From the NCBI GenBank assembly GCA_963734545.1, contig CAVTHO010000008.1:224001-288000 (forward strand): a stretch of 64,000 nucleotides of DNA, read 5' to 3'. The notes beneath the pieces are model-generated. The model had not been told where the DNA came from and ran no database searches. It saw nothing but the letters and a program-made list of their open reading frames with translations. The translations under genes and the position numbers were made by a program. This document shows positions 62,773-64,000 of the stretch, piece after piece. Position 1 is the first letter of the stretch, and the number at the start of each line of letters is the position of its first letter. Source of the stretch: an uncultured Spirochaetota bacterium (GTDB taxonomy: Bacteria; Spirochaetota; Spirochaetia; SZUA-6; Fen-1364).

Positions 62773-63279
62773 CTACTCCCGCGTGCGCCGCGGCATGACC
62801 TTGAGGTACATCACCTTGGCGTCACCGGGCGCGTAGAAGTCCTCCAGCTCGGCGATCTGCGTGTAGCCGCGGGCGAGGTAGAAAGCGCGGGTAGGCTCGT
62901 AGAGGGGCCGCGCGGAGGTCTCGATATACACGCGCGTGCCCCCCAGCGCGGCAATTGCCTCCTCGCTCTGCTCGAGGAGCTGCGTGCCCAGGCCCTTGCC
63001 GCGGTACGTGCCGCTGACGACGATCCAGTACAGGTCATAGCTCTCCCGGGTGCAGGCGATGGGCCCGAAGCTCGTGTACCCCACCGTGCGTCCGTCCTGC
63101 TCGGCAAAAAGGAAGTGGTACCCGCAGCTCGGCCCCTTGGCCAGCCGATCCTCCACGAGCTCGACCGCGGTGTCCACCTCCTCCGGATAGAAGAAGCCGG
63201 TGGAGTCCGTGATCTCGCGGACCACCTTCAGGTCCTTCTCCGTCACGGTGCTCCGAAACCCGATCTTCACGACGTTCAT
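62773..63279 (-). CDS. GNAT-family N-acetyltransferase
   Basis: YDLYWIVV, YRGKGLGTQLL, IETS...YEPTRAFY, DFYAPGD; ATGA overlap with the upstream ligase. Confidence 0.88.
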   Translation of the reverse strand: MNVVKIGFRSTVTEKDLKVVREITDSTGFFYPEEVDTAVELVEDRLAKGPSCGYHFLFAEQDGRTVGYTSFGPIACTRESYDLYWIVVSGTYRGKGLGTQLLEQSEEAIAALGGTRVYIETSARPLYEPTRAFYLARGYTQIAELEDFYAPGDAKVMYLKVMPRRTRE

Positions 63280-64000
63280 GCGTGGCGCTCCTCTGCCTGT
63301 TTCCCGGCGCTCACTCGCGTGGCCGCCGAGACGATTCTTCCGACAACATCCTCGGTCGTCAAACCTGCCCTGCCTGCCGCGGCCATGAAACCGGCGTCCG
63401 GGGCGAGACAGGGGTTGGTGTTTACCTCCAGGATCCAGGGGCGTCCCGCAGGGTCGACCCGGAAATCCACCCGCGCGTAGCCCCGCAGGCCGAAAAGCTG
63501 CCAGCACTCGCGGCTCAACCGCACGAGTGTCCGCACCAGCTCAGCGTCTTCGCCCGGAAAATCGAATACTCTCGGCGTGGCGCGGTACTCGAAAGACCCT
63601 TCCACCCACTTGGCCTTGTAGCCGACCATCCTCGGCTTGCCGTCGAGGGTAGCCGACGAACTGGATTTCCGCCGGAGGGAGACTTTCCGGCTCTTTCTCC
63701 CCGTCCAGCAGCGCCAGGTTGAACTCCCTGCCGTCGATGAACGACTCGACGAAGAGGTTTTCGATTGCCTCCCGTTCCGCGCGTCGGCGTATCTCGGCTG
63801 CAAGGTCTTCCGCCGACCCCGCCACCGAGCTGTCCTCCAGACCGATGGATGCATGCTCCCACACCGACTTCACGATCCACGGAGGGGGAAAGCCCGGCCC
63901 GGCAGCGAGAGACGCGGCTGCAGCCGCCCATGGCGGTGTGGCCATCCCCCCCGCGGCGAGGTTCCTCTTGGCAAGCACCTTGTGCGAGGTGAGCAGGATC
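63276..64000 (-). CDS. D-Ala-D-Ala ligase-like ATP-grasp protein (5' end outside the window; frameshift near 63650)
   Basis: WIVKSVWEHASIG, VESFIDGREF, YKAKW, GYARVDFR, ILEVNTNP. Confidence 0.82.

Overview
High-GC bacterial DNA. The lipoprotein signals and gene content suggest an anaerobic Spirochaetia-like organism, but this is inference. Many genes carry single-base frameshifts, some of them compensating, which looks like long-read error rather than gene decay. About 53 CDS are present; I see no rRNA, tRNA, CRISPR array or transposase. 1-23.2 kb is a sugar-catabolic island built around two divergently transcribed glycyl radical enzymes, one YbiW/PflF-like and one PflD-like, each with its own activase. 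They flank a ribose-type ABC transporter. The island also has an atypical 625-aa ROK-like kinase, a canonical ROK kinase, a DeoR regulator, two GMC oxidoreductases, a Gfo/Idh/MocA enzyme, RmlD-like and GME-like SDRs, and an RPE-fold protein with altered catalytic residues. My best hypothesis is a PTS-independent, radical-dependent pathway for 1,5-anhydro-sugars. 23.3-29.7 kb is an AraR-like regulator, ABC transporter and GH42 operon. 29.8-43.4 kb holds housekeeping and hypothetical genes (Fe-ADH, ASKHA/RACo-like protein, nadE, radA, a vapBC-type module). 43.4-49.6 kb is an araA, epimerase and dual Zn-dehydrogenase cluster. 49.7-62 kb holds a hemerythrin and a long NUDIX-RseC-MoxR-DUF58-VWA operon. 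At 62.1 kb there is a promoter-driven, highly structured ~120-nt candidate ncRNA. The window ends with a GNAT and a Ddl-like ligase. At least six genes appear to have leaderless mRNAs.
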